A stretch of 62,870 nucleotides of DNA, counting the filler, from Stramenopiles sp. TOSAG23-2 (lineage: Eukaryota): NCBI GenBank assembly GCA_900128395.1. It is 14 parts of 14 records of this genome, joined end to end, with 100 filler letters (N's around TTAATTAATTAA, not from the genome) between each part and the next. Parts side by side here need not be neighbours in the genome. Positions count along the whole stretch, not along the records: positions 9,543 to 14,205 come from LT650840.1; positions 14,306 to 18,967 come from LT650841.1; positions 19,068 to 23,720 come from LT650842.1; positions 23,821 to 28,471 come from LT650843.1; 10 more parts are not named here. One strand, written 5' to 3'. Numbering within the stretch: the first letter of the stretch is position 1; each line of letters opens with the position of its first letter. Below the pieces are notes generated by a model that was given only the letters and a program-made list of their open reading frames with translations, made no database searches and had not been told where the DNA came from. Positions 12,792-24,422 of the stretch are shown here, one piece after another. Made by a program: the position numbers and the translations under genes.

Positions 12792-12927
12792 TTAATCGTT
12801 TAAATCACCATTACCTGCTCCTACATGTCTACCATTTTCATCATGATAATTTGCTTTTCCACCTTTTGTACGTAAAAGTGCAATGATCTCTTGGCGAAGC
12901 GGACTACGATTATAATAATATGCATAG
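12792..12927 (-). pseudogene. Second isolated 3' fragment of the ankyrin gene family
   Basis: Translates YAYYYNRSPLRQEIIALLRTKGGKANYHDENGRHVGAGNGDLND*; on a different contig from the full copy. Confidence 0.8.
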
Positions 12928-13196
12928 ATATTTATAATGCTATTTTATTGCTATATCAATAATATTCATGAGTTTTTTATCATCACAACAATTTTTTTTT
13001 TCATCATCATCATCAATCAAAAAAAATTTAGTGAAGAATGAAGATATATAAATTAAAATATATTATATTTGTTTTAAAATCCAAAGTAATATATACATCA
13101 GATAGATTTAAAATCAGTATATAGCCATCCAATACTCTACTACTAATTATTTAGAATAGGAGAGACATATCTGTAAATTATATATTTAAATATACA

Positions 13197-13907
13197 ATGG
13201 AATTTTCTATCAATAAAACAACAAAAAAAATACGTGATTCGTATTCAGCATTAAATGCTGAAAGGCAATTTATTACAGAGTCTGAAGTACGAAGATTTTA
13301 TGATGAAACTAGCTTTACGCCAAAGTCTATATCAAAAACTGAACGTCTTTCTCTAGGTAAAAATAATAATAAATGCAATACATGCTGTTCTAAATGTGGT
13401 AATGTTTGTTTATCCTTTCCATGTGGTTGTTTTTTATTTGTCTTTGGTTTAATACTAGCTAGTTGTTATTTATGGGTACCAGATGAAAAAATTACAAAAA
13501 TTAGTAAAGTTGTTGTTGGTGATAATTCGTTTGGTAATTTCCTACATATTCATCATATTTTAGCAATTGGTATTGCTTTTATGTTCATATCGATACCATG
13601 TTTATGTACGTATAAAAAATTTTGTTCAAATAATAAAAGAAGTAATAAATATTTTAATGAATATTCATTACAATATGATTATGGTGATGAGAATGGATTA
13701 GGTAATGGTTTGATTTCTAATAACAACAGGTCAATGACTACTAATGAAAATAATAATAGTTTTAATTCTTTACATGGACGAAGTAAAGATCGTTCAGATT
13801 CATTTAATTTTGGTAAAGATGAAGTTCGTAATAATAATGGTAGTTTTGGTGGTAATGATGTGACTCCAAATCGAAGAAAGTCTAGTAGTGAAGTTGTTTT
13901 GTTTTAA
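13197..13907 (+). CDS. Hypothetical membrane protein with two hydrophobic segments and Cys-rich flanks
   Basis: 236-aa ORF; hydrophobic stretches CFLFVFGLILASCYLW and ILAIGIAFMFISIPCL. Confidence 0.6.
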   Translation: MEFSINKTTKKIRDSYSALNAERQFITESEVRRFYDETSFTPKSISKTERLSLGKNNNKCNTCCSKCGNVCLSFPCGCFLFVFGLILASCYLWVPDEKITKISKVVVGDNSFGNFLHIHHILAIGIAFMFISIPCLCTYKKFCSNNKRSNKYFNEYSLQYDYGDENGLGNGLISNNNRSMTTNENNNSFNSLHGRSKDRSDSFNFGKDEVRNNNGSFGGNDVTPNRRKSSSEVVLF

Positions 13908-14305
13908 AAGAGTGTAATTGGGGGGGGATAAATTAGAGTGAACAATTTTTTTCGTGTTACGTACTTCATATTAAATTAAATTAAGAAAAAACATTTTTTT
14001 ATTTTTAGTTTTTTACACACACATATCATATTTTTTTGATAGAGATGATATCAACTTATTTTCTATCCTTGTCTTCTATCCATAGAGTACAGTACATTAC
14101 CATCTGAAATTTCTAATTTTTCTTTACTTTTTTATCAGCAGATAATTTTCTTTTACGTTGTTTCATCATGTGAAAATATAAAAATAAAAATCCTGGAATA
14201 TATATNNNNNNNNNNNNNNNNNNNNNNNNNNNNNNNNNNNNNNNNNNNNTTAATTAATTAANNNNNNNNNNNNNNNNNNNNNNNNNNNNNNNNNNNNNNN
14301 NNNNN

Positions 14306-16552
14306 ATTTTTATTTATACATTCTTCAACTAATTCTTTTATTGTTAGAATTTCATCATTTGAATGTAACTGTGGATTACCATATTTATCATGCGTAAATA
14401 AATAGATAGTTTGCGTATAATATTCTTTCAATTCCATAATATACCTATCACTCCCTTTTGCTGGTGTAAAGTTTAAGCGTATAAATTTATTATTCGTAGT
14501 CATACTATGCCTCCGTTGTTTTAAAAATGAGGATGTATCTGCACGTTTTTGAATTACTTTAATGCCCTCTGGGGTTGTTTCATTTGCATATGTCACAGGA
14601 TGATAATTACCAAGATCATTTGGCAATGGATCAAAATTAACATTCTTTACCAATACTCTTAAGTGATATTTACCAACTTTAATCGGTGTATATTTGCAGA
14701 TATACACACCATCTAAGTTTTGTAATCGTTGAAAAAAATGGGATATATTTATATATATAATAAAATGTAAAAATGAGTTAGATCCTGGTACATATATATA
14801 TAAATAAATACAATTTTTAGATGGAATGAATGGAGTGATAATGTTGATGATAATATCCTATCCGTATGATATAGCTACTTACCTTCATTTGCTTCTCGAA
14901 CAATTAATTCATATAAACAACCTTCTTCATCTGTTATAGTAACCATCAAACAAGTAGCATCTAACCGATGCAATATAATTTTTGGTGGTGTAATGGCAAT
15001 CGTTGTTTCCACACCTGCAATCGTACTTAAAACACCAGGCCCTTGTACTTCCCATTGCATCGCGGCATGCGTATTATTGGATAATGTTTTATGTATTGGA
15101 TCAATTCCCCACCCACGTTTATATGAAGTTGACGGTGTGCCACATGATTTTCGTAATACTTCAATCCACTCCTCTAAATCATATCTATTAAATGCCAACA
15201 TACGAACCTCTTCCCTTCCTGCATGTGTTATCCGTATACCATGTACACCGACATCTGTATGTGAGTATGATCTATACATATTTATATAAGCACAAATATT
15301 TGAATAATTTGTTAGTATGCATGTGTATACATGATATATATATTTAGCTACTTTAATTTGCAACATCACTATACATATAATGGTATAGTATATATAAATA
15401 TAAATAAAACCAAAATACTTACGCTGATGTCGTTTGATATGCTGCATTTTCTTCTTTAAAAAAGGGCAATATAGAACAATTTAGCAATGGTATAATAGCT
15501 AATGGTTTCATATATGCATTTAAACTATCTACTTGTGACGAAAAATATAATAAATAATGATCAATTAGGACAAACCAACGTTTTTTCTTTGTAATGCTTG
15601 TACGATTTAAACTTATATTTAACAGCCAACCTTGTAATGAAGCTTTAGAGATATCAACATGAAATGTATCTAATGGTTTATATCTACCAGAACGTTTTGT
15701 ATCTAAATAAAAACTATTATGTCCAGATATTATACTTGCTTTTACGCGTGGATTTATGATCTTTTGTAATGTTTTCCAGTCTTTTTTTGATATTACTTCT
15801 TTTTTTTTTCTATTTGCAAACGCTGATTTTGCACGATTATTGTTACTGTTCAATTGTTTAAATTTGTCTTTCGCTCGTAAAACACTATGAATACCAGACA
15901 TACTTTTAATATTACTACGACGATATGCTAAATCTTTTGCAGTCATGGAAGTACTATACCTTCTTTTTGGCTTTTTATAATTATCTTTTTTAGCTTCTTT
16001 ATTTCTATCATGATCTTTGTTATTATTGTTTCTTCCATAGCTTCTAAATTTGTCTATAGCACGATATGCACGCGCTGTACTTTTCATAGAAGTCAAATGA
16101 CTATTACTATAACTTCTATTTTCGCTAGTGGTAATAGAACTGTCTATTCTACTACTTGTTGTAGCAATTGTATTGGATGGGATTGAACTATTAGTATTTT
16201 TATTGTTTCTTCCATAGTTTTTAAATTTGTCTATAGCACGATATGCGGTCACTACTGTACTTCTCAGTGAAGACAATGGATTATTGTAACCCTTTTGACC
16301 CATAGTACTCGCATACGACGCACTTACTGCATCCCGTGTGGATGTTGCGTTGTAATCATCCTCACTGCTACTATAACTGTCTAGGTATGAGCTACTCTCT
16401 GTCGGAGTATAATAATCACTTTCATCAGAATATATACTTGACGAAGGCGGTGGTGATGGATTTCTATCATCATATGTTCCTTTATTTTCTTTAAAACTTT
16501 TAAAACGATCTGCTGCACGATGTGCATGTAATGCAGTTGTAATAGACGACAT
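14306..16552 (-). CDS. PH domain + filamin-repeat protein, 3' truncated; exons 16552-15423, 15271-14883, 14712-14306
   Basis: PH: LQGWLLN...KKRWFVLIDHYLLYFSS...PLAIIPL...DLEEWIEVLR; filamin: GPGVLSTIAGVETTIAI...EDGVYICKYTPIKVGKYHLRV; canonical splice sites keep the frame. Confidence 0.75.
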
Positions 16553-17651
16553 CTATATATTATACGGTCTATTATAATATATTGACTTTGGTATGACAAA
16601 TATTGGTTCAGGTGCACGAAGTTATTGAACACAAATGATGGTATATGGATGTATAGATAATTGAAATTGCTAGTGAATAAATTGGAGATATATTTATGTG
16701 TGTGTGTATTAGTATTATCTACATGAGTACATGAGTATTATTATTAATAATAATAATATAAATAATAATAAAAAAATGGAAAGTTGAAGAATTATTTTTA
16801 ATTTAAATTTAAGGATATTAGTTAGGATTGTATAAAATCGTAGATTATTAGTATTATATTATCCATAACAAAGTAAAATATAACAGGATCAAAATACTTA
16901 CACAATACCTTAAATAGAAAAGTCTGCAATAAACTCTGTCACTTGTTATTGTATAAGTATAATATAAATACTGTAGTGCGTTGAGCTAGTGCGTTGTCAG
17001 TTGTTGTCAGTATAGCAGTCTGGCAGTAGTAAATAACGTACAGTAGGTAGTCTGGTAGTCTGGTAGCTATAGTTCATGATGGAATGATGGATGATGGATG
17101 GATGATTACGGGAAGACTCTGCGCTTGCCAGAGTAATGGATGATGATACTTAATTAGTATGATAGTATGATGGTGGTAATAATAATATAACAACTATAAT
17201 AGACTAATAATACCACATATAACAACTACATATATGATATACAATATATACAGCTTTTTAGATATTATTTATAGATATAATAGCTATAGATAGTTATTAT
17301 AGCTATTATATATTTACATGTTAATGTCATTTGAACAGTCTTTTCATTCCTGATATCTATAATATCACAGTAAGAACTCATTTACAAAAGACCATTGCAT
17401 AAGTGATATAAATCTGCTCTTAATGGTCCATTGAACCAAATTTAAAGACAAACAAAAAATTATAAAAGGCTTGTTTATACGTATATACATCAAACCATTG
17501 ACAGCATTTACATATTCACTTAGAGAAAAGACCATTATATACGTTATTTATCTGACCTATTTATATATATATATATATATATATAGAAATATAGAAATAG
17601 TAGTATCCAAGACGGAATAACTAGCTTCACAAAGTAGTTAGTGATTATAAC

Positions 17652-18335
17652 ATGAAAAACCAATCTATAGCGAATCACAGTACAAAATCACCGTCAATTT
17701 TCAACAACTCCTCATCGTCGTCGTCTTTTCCCCCTGTTAATAATACAACAATAAAAACCAATAAAAAAAGAAGAAAGAACAAACAAATTAGTCAGAATAA
17801 AAAGAAAAATGTAAATAATAACAACAATAATAATTCTGGCCAACAAGAGCGACCACCACCATCTATGTCTGTTGGGCGGACTATGGCAAAATTAAGAAAG
17901 GTGCTAAATAAAGGTCGTATGAGGGTACAATATATGTTTACAAAAATGGATAAAGATGAAAGTGGTAGTTTAGATATCAATGAAATACGTGTTGGCTTAA
18001 AAGAGGTAATTGGAATTGATTTGACTGAGAAAGAATTGTCAGATGTAATGGCATACATAGATGAAGATAATGATGGTTCTATAACATTTAAAGAATTAGA
18101 TCAAGGCTTACGTGATTCAGATACGGCTAGAAAAGATGCCATTGAATTACGCAAGAAAGGTAGACCAAGTGGTGGCATTGGGTATACATTATCCAATGAA
18201 ACATTAGAAAAACGCATTGGAATTGCTTCTGATATTGTATTTCAACGAAAAGGACGTGCAAATTTTAAAGATACTGAAATACAAAAAGTACGAGAATCTG
18301 TTGATTCATTTTTACGTAAACCAACCATGTTTTGA
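17652..18335 (+). CDS. EF-hand calcium-binding protein
   Basis: Paired EF loops DKDESGSLDINE and DEDNDGSITFKE. Confidence 0.8.
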   Translation: MKNQSIANHSTKSPSIFNNSSSSSSFPPVNNTTIKTNKKRRKNKQISQNKKKNVNNNNNNNSGQQERPPPSMSVGRTMAKLRKVLNKGRMRVQYMFTKMDKDESGSLDINEIRVGLKEVIGIDLTEKELSDVMAYIDEDNDGSITFKELDQGLRDSDTARKDAIELRKKGRPSGGIGYTLSNETLEKRIGIASDIVFQRKGRANFKDTEIQKVRESVDSFLRKPTMF

Positions 18336-19067
18336 GGCACACATGTATATATAATTTTGTGTTTTACGCTTCTCGTATGATAATGTGGAAGTGGAAATTC
18401 AATGTACATTTTATAATATTTTTATATTATATAATGATACGTACTGTACGTACCATCATGCTAAATGTACTCGTATTTTATAATTTTTTTTATTTCTACT
18501 CGTGACAATTCCTATATGATACTCTCCAAAGAATAACAGTGGAGTGCCCAAAAGCCAACATTAATTAATAATATTATATCTGTCTGTCTCGCAGTGAAAT
18601 CGAAGATAGGATGAAAATGCATCAGTTCCGAACTGGTTAATGTCCAGAGTATTATCATTTTAGAGTCCGCATAGTACGCGCCGTATTATATATTAAAATT
18701 GTACTACTCGTATTTATTAAGATCTTCGTACGAAGTATACGCGTACATATTATTAATATTAAATTTACACGGGCGCATTAAATATATATTTTTAATTTAC
18801 ACACATATGCATACTCTTCAAAAGAATACAATATTAACTGAGGCAATAATATCTCTATCGTCACACTATGAATAGTGTGTTGATATTCGCACGCAATATA
18901 CAATATATACGTTCGTATATTCTCTCTCGTCCTTCTCCCTCTCTGATGCTCCTCTAGATCTTTGGTGNNNNNNNNNNNNNNNNNNNNNNNNNNNNNNNNN
19001 NNNNNNNNNNNTTAATTAATTAANNNNNNNNNNNNNNNNNNNNNNNNNNNNNNNNNNNNNNNNNNNN

Positions 19068-19649
19068 TTGTCACCTTCCCATGTTGCATTGCTAGACTTT
19101 TTAAAATCGAAGAATTTAATGAATAATTTAAATACATTTCCAACAGATGACAAGTTAATAGAAATTGAACGTAATATTGAAAAAATCGAGGATAGAAACC
19201 ATCGTTTATTAAAACAAGTATTGTGGATGGAATGGAGGGAGAAACATGGATTGCCTAGAAATACCTCTTCGTCTTCTGCTGAAATAGATAGTCAAAAAAA
19301 TGATTCGACTGATGATGATAGTGAAAAGCGTAGGAATGCACTTGTACGACGACGCTTAATGCTTAGTCAATATACAAAATTTATTGATTTATTACGTCGT
19401 GAACCAGCTGTTGTTGCTGCTGTAGGTTGTTTTATGTTTGCCTCTGGAGGAGATGAGAAAAAGAAAAGCAAAAAGTCCAGCAAAAAGCAACCTACTAAAG
19501 TTGCATCTAAGACGAAGGTGTCAAAAAAGCCATCGACAAAAACGACAGCAGCAAGTAGTAGTAGTAGTAGTAGTAATAGTAGTGAAGAGGAAGAGAAATG
19601 GGTGGCAATGCCTCCGCACTGTTTGATATCGAAGAGGTACACGCATTAA
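19068..19649 (+). CDS. 5'-truncated hypothetical ORF overlapping the dymeclin start
   Basis: Open from the contig edge with protein-like composition; runs through an (AGT)n tract into the next gene in another frame. Confidence 0.45.
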   Translation: MSPSHVALLDFLKSKNLMNNLNTFPTDDKLIEIERNIEKIEDRNHRLLKQVLWMEWREKHGLPRNTSSSSAEIDSQKNDSTDDDSEKRRNALVRRRLMLSQYTKFIDLLRREPAVVAAVGCFMFASGGDEKKKSKKSSKKQPTKVASKTKVSKKPSTKTTAASSSSSSSNSSEEEEKWVAMPPHCLISKRYTH

Positions 19650-22510
19650 AATATTTCTCTTCGTCAAAAAGAGTGTCGAATCAGGACGCGTATATTTGGG
19701 AGCTGTTATTTTCTACTAGTCTAGGTCTTCGTAGATGGTTAGCCGCAACTCCTGCTTTGGCACAAGTTAAAATCAGCAAGTATTCACCGCATTTGCGTAG
19801 CAATAATGTAAACACGTTTAATTTCCAACGCTTGGTACGGAAGACACTAAAACACTTGCAGTTATTACCAATAGATTTGGGTACAAATATTAAAAGTGGC
19901 ATTGGCCACCAAAGCTATATAAGGACAAATGCTCAAGATAACACGTTGGATAGTAATAATGGAAGTAACAACAACAATATTGAAGAGGTTCAAGTAAAAG
20001 AAAACAATTATTCAACAATATTGGTACAAAATTTATGCAATAGCTTGTTTCTAATACGAAAATTTAGTCAGTATTTCATTGAAATGTGCGATGGAGTAGA
20101 AGAGGAATTAGCTGTTCATTTTACAGAGACGGAAGAAATAGAAAATATAAAACGGGATATGAAACCTAAGAAGAATAAGCCCAGATTAGTCCGTGATTTA
20201 TTATTAGGCTTAATGGATTTTATTGTAATAAATACCCCAAATAATGTAACATATGATTTACATGTTGAAATTATGAATTTACTTTTGGTATTATTATCTA
20301 CTCAAATGTATCACCCGTTGGAAGTGGATAGTATTGATCTTGATGATAGTATTGATTTTGACGCTTCTGTCGGTATTGACACTAAAGAAGATGCTGATCA
20401 TAAGAAAGGCGCGAATGGTTATTGCAAGGATACGCCGCATATTTTTTTACATGCGATCATGGAAATTGCACAATCGGATGGGTTGATTGGCAAAGAGTTA
20501 AAAATGGAAATTATCAATAATAAATCTACAGCAGAACTAGTAGATGTTGACTTGGATGAATCGTTACACGATTTAAATGAAAGGAAAAGGGCAAAAGGGG
20601 AGGAAGAACATGTACGAAGATCATCAATTGCAAAAAAAACTATGTTAGCCAGTGCATTTACATTAGCTTTGATGCAACGCATCGTTGATAGGCAGCGTCC
20701 GCATCCATCTTCTGCGATTGTCAGCGCGATTACTACTAGGAATACATTAGCGAATGAGTATAGCAGCATGACAAGTAATCAGGAATTGAAAACGAAGCGG
20801 CGGCAAGATAACACAGCAAATGGCATGAATAACGATGACGTCAACGATGATAATACCTATAAACTAGAGCAAGTGCGTGTAAATATGGCAACTAAAGCTT
20901 CAATGGCAATAGAAAACGACCAATTAAAGCCTACGCCCTCCTTATTACGCCTTGCTACAGATATGATAGTGCGTATGCCGATGAGAATGTATGAGTATTT
21001 TTTTCCATCAGCTGCCGAAACATGCCCTTTAAGTGAACGAAGCATGTTGTTATTATGCATGTTGGTAAACAATCATAGAAACAAAAGTGTAACAGATGGA
21101 GACAAAAATGAGAAAGACTATAGAACTAGCAATAGCGATAGTCTTGTAAATCCTTTTCTTGAATCGTTTATAAATATAGGTGATGATCATAAAACAGCGA
21201 ATGGAATGATATATTCAAATCAAGACGAAGTGGAGAAGGACATTTATATACCCCGTATATCTTTTGAATACTTATATCGTTCATTAGGACCATCTCTAAT
21301 CGGGGGTAGAGGCGCCATATTTTTGTACACATTAATTAGTGGCAACACATATTTTAAAGATTTTCTCTTGGCCAGAGATGATTTGGATACCATCGTATTG
21401 CCATTGTTAGAAACAATGTATCATGCCGACAAAGTGGCGCCATCTCATTTATATGTTTTGTTAATACTTTTACTGATTTTAAGCGAAGATGTTAGTTTTA
21501 ATGAAGGAATTCACAAACGAATAATCGTACAACGCGTTCCATGGTTTAAGGAATATCATTTACATGGCATACCATTAGGATCGTTGATGCTTATCATGGT
21601 CTTACGAACTTTAAAATATAATCATACTAATAAACATATGTTGATGGATGCGTTTGTCCATGAAAATTGTTATGCAATATTATCGAATATGTCTATGCAT
21701 ATACGGAACATTCATGGGTATAGTGCCCAACGTTTAATGTCGTTGCTAGATGTCATGAACAAACGCTATAAAAGTTTAATCAATCGGCGCCAGGAATGTG
21801 AAAAGGAAAAAAACTTAATTCTACTTTTATTGGACGTTGCATACACTTGCATACAGCCAAATATGCTGTCGCATAACTTGGAATTGATGTACTCGCTGTT
21901 GCATCGCAAGCAAATCATTGAAGGTTTACTAATTAATTGCAACATGAATGGTAAAATTGATAGCAGCATGGAAAACAACATGAAAAACGCGCCCAATTCT
22001 TCTACCATTAACATGGTCAATGTTCATGATGGCATTGGTGATGGAAATGAAGATATTAGTGAAAATAATAACTATGATGGTATACGTATATTATGCAATA
22101 AGATAAAGCCAATTATAAGATTTTTTGATGAATTCGTCAAAAATGAAATGGAAAAAGTTACAGCAACTATTAATGATGACACTACAATGTCTAAATTTGC
22201 AGAAAATGGCATGCCTCAACCATATGAAGCCACGGGCATCAATAATACAAATGAATCTTGGACCTCAGAACATGTTATGCAAATTTTAGAATTGGGACAA
22301 CGGCAGTGGTATAAAACAAATGAGCACCAACCTGGTAATTCTGTTAGAATGAATATTACGAGGAATTACGATAAATATATATACGAGGAAGTCGAAAACC
22401 CTGAAAGTTTTTTTTTGCCATATATATGGAGCATGACATATGATTCCACGCCTGATATATGGTGGGACGCCAATAGGATTTTGCTATTTCCCATGGTATT
22501 GAAAAGTTGA
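19598..22510 (+). CDS. DYM: Dymeclin (Dyggve-Melchior-Clausen protein homolog)
   Basis: Myristoylatable MGGNAS start; LHVEIMNLLLVLLSTQMY, LLILLLILSEDVSFN, WFKEYHL..IPLGSL, NCYAILSNMS, NLELMYSLLH and terminal YEEVENPESFFLPYIW match dymeclin conserved blocks. Confidence 0.9.
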   Translation: MGGNASALFDIEEVHALKYFSSSKRVSNQDAYIWELLFSTSLGLRRWLAATPALAQVKISKYSPHLRSNNVNTFNFQRLVRKTLKHLQLLPIDLGTNIKSGIGHQSYIRTNAQDNTLDSNNGSNNNNIEEVQVKENNYSTILVQNLCNSLFLIRKFSQYFIEMCDGVEEELAVHFTETEEIENIKRDMKPKKNKPRLVRDLLLGLMDFIVINTPNNVTYDLHVEIMNLLLVLLSTQMYHPLEVDSIDLDDSIDFDASVGIDTKEDADHKKGANGYCKDTPHIFLHAIMEIAQSDGLIGKELKMEIINNKSTAELVDVDLDESLHDLNERKRAKGEEEHVRRSSIAKKTMLASAFTLALMQRIVDRQRPHPSSAIVSAITTRNTLANEYSSMTSNQELKTKRRQDNTANGMNNDDVNDDNTYKLEQVRVNMATKASMAIENDQLKPTPSLLRLATDMIVRMPMRMYEYFFPSAAETCPLSERSMLLLCMLVNNHRNKSVTDGDKNEKDYRTSNSDSLVNPFLESFINIGDDHKTANGMIYSNQDEVEKDIYIPRISFEYLYRSLGPSLIGGRGAIFLYTLISGNTYFKDFLLARDDLDTIVLPLLETMYHADKVAPSHLYVLLILLLILSEDVSFNEGIHKRIIVQRVPWFKEYHLHGIPLGSLMLIMVLRTLKYNHTNKHMLMDAFVHENCYAILSNMSMHIRNIHGYSAQRLMSLLDVMNKRYKSLINRRQECEKEKNLILLLLDVAYTCIQPNMLSHNLELMYSLLHRKQIIEGLLINCNMNGKIDSSMENNMKNAPNSSTINMVNVHDGIGDGNEDISENNNYDGIRILCNKIKPIIRFFDEFVKNEMEKVTATINDDTTMSKFAENGMPQPYEATGINNTNESWTSEHVMQILELGQRQWYKTNEHQPGNSVRMNITRNYDKYIYEEVENPESFFLPYIWSMTYDSTPDIWWDANRILLFPMVLKS

Positions 22511-24422
22511 AAGCGCGGAAAAAGTTTTGGTTTTCCTGAGGAGTGCTATATTTATTAGTTTTAAATATGTGTATGCGTTGTTGTGTAATAGCATATACGT
22601 ACACAGCACTGAATATATAAATATTTATCATTAAATAATACATATTATACAGGTAAATATTTCTACTATACAACTACTCCGTACCTTATACCAGAGATTT
22701 CAACCAATATTTGAGGGGAAAAATACACATAATTTAAAAAATTAAAAAAAAACATGTAAATATGATGGGAATGTGTGAAAATGATACGTACAAATTGTAA
22801 TTTTTACGAGTATGTATGATGGATTACTTATAAATTGATGTAACAACTTCACTATTGTGTCATTTCACTTTCTGTTGATCAAAAAAAATATTCTTTAGTC
22901 TATATATATACATGTATAAAATCACCATCGTGACTCAATATTCATAGAGTGCGTTTAGGGCATCTCTTCTTGGATTAAAAATAAAAATGCGACAAATTTT
23001 CCAAAAAAATTCATGATTTTTTGCGAGATGTGCATGATCGCGGAATTATAATGCACGAGGTTTGACGGTAAAATATGTGTAATTTGTACTTATTAGTATA
23101 CTGAAAAAATTATTTATCCGGGGGAAGCTCCCTCTCACATATAGCAAGCTATAAATTCAATAAACGAACTTCGTGTATCTATTGGATATAAAAAATTCTC
23201 TTATTTATAAGTTAAAGATTTTATTTACTCATACTGTTATATTCACTATATATAAAAAATTCTCTTATTTACTATATATGTCTTTATTTTAAAAAAAAAA
23301 CAAACTTTATTTTTTACACGTGCCATCATCGAACAGATCGAAATAATTTGGCGGTATGCCATCTCGTTGGTAAAATATAAATGTACGATTCGTACATAAT
23401 TTTTATGTATTTATATCGAGAGATGTGCACAAACACGAGGACCTCATATGTACTAGTATATGCCTGCCCGCCTGGTATGCCAGTATGCACGTATTAGCTC
23501 TTAACTATTCAATACTGTACATTCTATAAATTATTAGCTATGCCTATAGTATTTTTACCTGCTGTAGGAAGATCTATAGAATGCCAGAGCCATAGTTACT
23601 GTTTGTCGATACCTGGTACACACACATTTTTGTGCTTTTTCTCCTCCATGATTGGTTGCATTCTGGCATTGGCACATTGTGTGTGCAGCTATAACTAAGA
23701 CTAAGATATATTTATAAAATNNNNNNNNNNNNNNNNNNNNNNNNNNNNNNNNNNNNNNNNNNNNTTAATTAATTAANNNNNNNNNNNNNNNNNNNNNNNN
23801 NNNNNNNNNNNNNNNNNNNNTTATTTATCATGTCAGTTATTTATTTCATTTATTAGATTACATCATCATAGTTTAGCACTTTACCTTCACACAGGAGAAG
23901 ACGACTGGTGCTTTTGTGGATTTATTTTGGACATTTGCACATATTATAGCGTTAGTTTACAAATGGCGTACTTGGCGTATATTTAGTCTTTTCATCATTT
24001 TTTACTTTTTACGTGTACTCGCACACTCCTCGTATGTGGTTGAAATTTATAATATAATAATCCTTAAAACGATAATATTTTGATGTAATTGTGTTTTGTT
24101 GTTTTTAAAAACTATTTTTATATTACTACTATGGCCACTACTACTACCACTGGTGGTATATTTGCGATAATTGGAATATTTCTTTTTGTTGTGAAACTTT
24201 TTTGTAAAACTTAGTTAATTTTTTTTAAGGAAAAAAACATAATTAATTCACAGCCCATCTTTTACAACAAAATACTCGTTATCGTTATTACCCTGCCGGG
24301 CCAGCCAGGATTACAAAAATAAAACAAAATAAAAAAGTTTGAAAAATTGACTGGTGTGAGAGACAGAGAGAGAGAGAGAAAATAGAAAAACAATAAAAAG
24401 AGAGAGAATAATAATTTCCCAG

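Noticed and set aside
16975-17110. Short direct repeats (GTCTGGTA, GATG) as a regulatory array
   Set aside because: Low-complexity slippage repeats with no spacer structure
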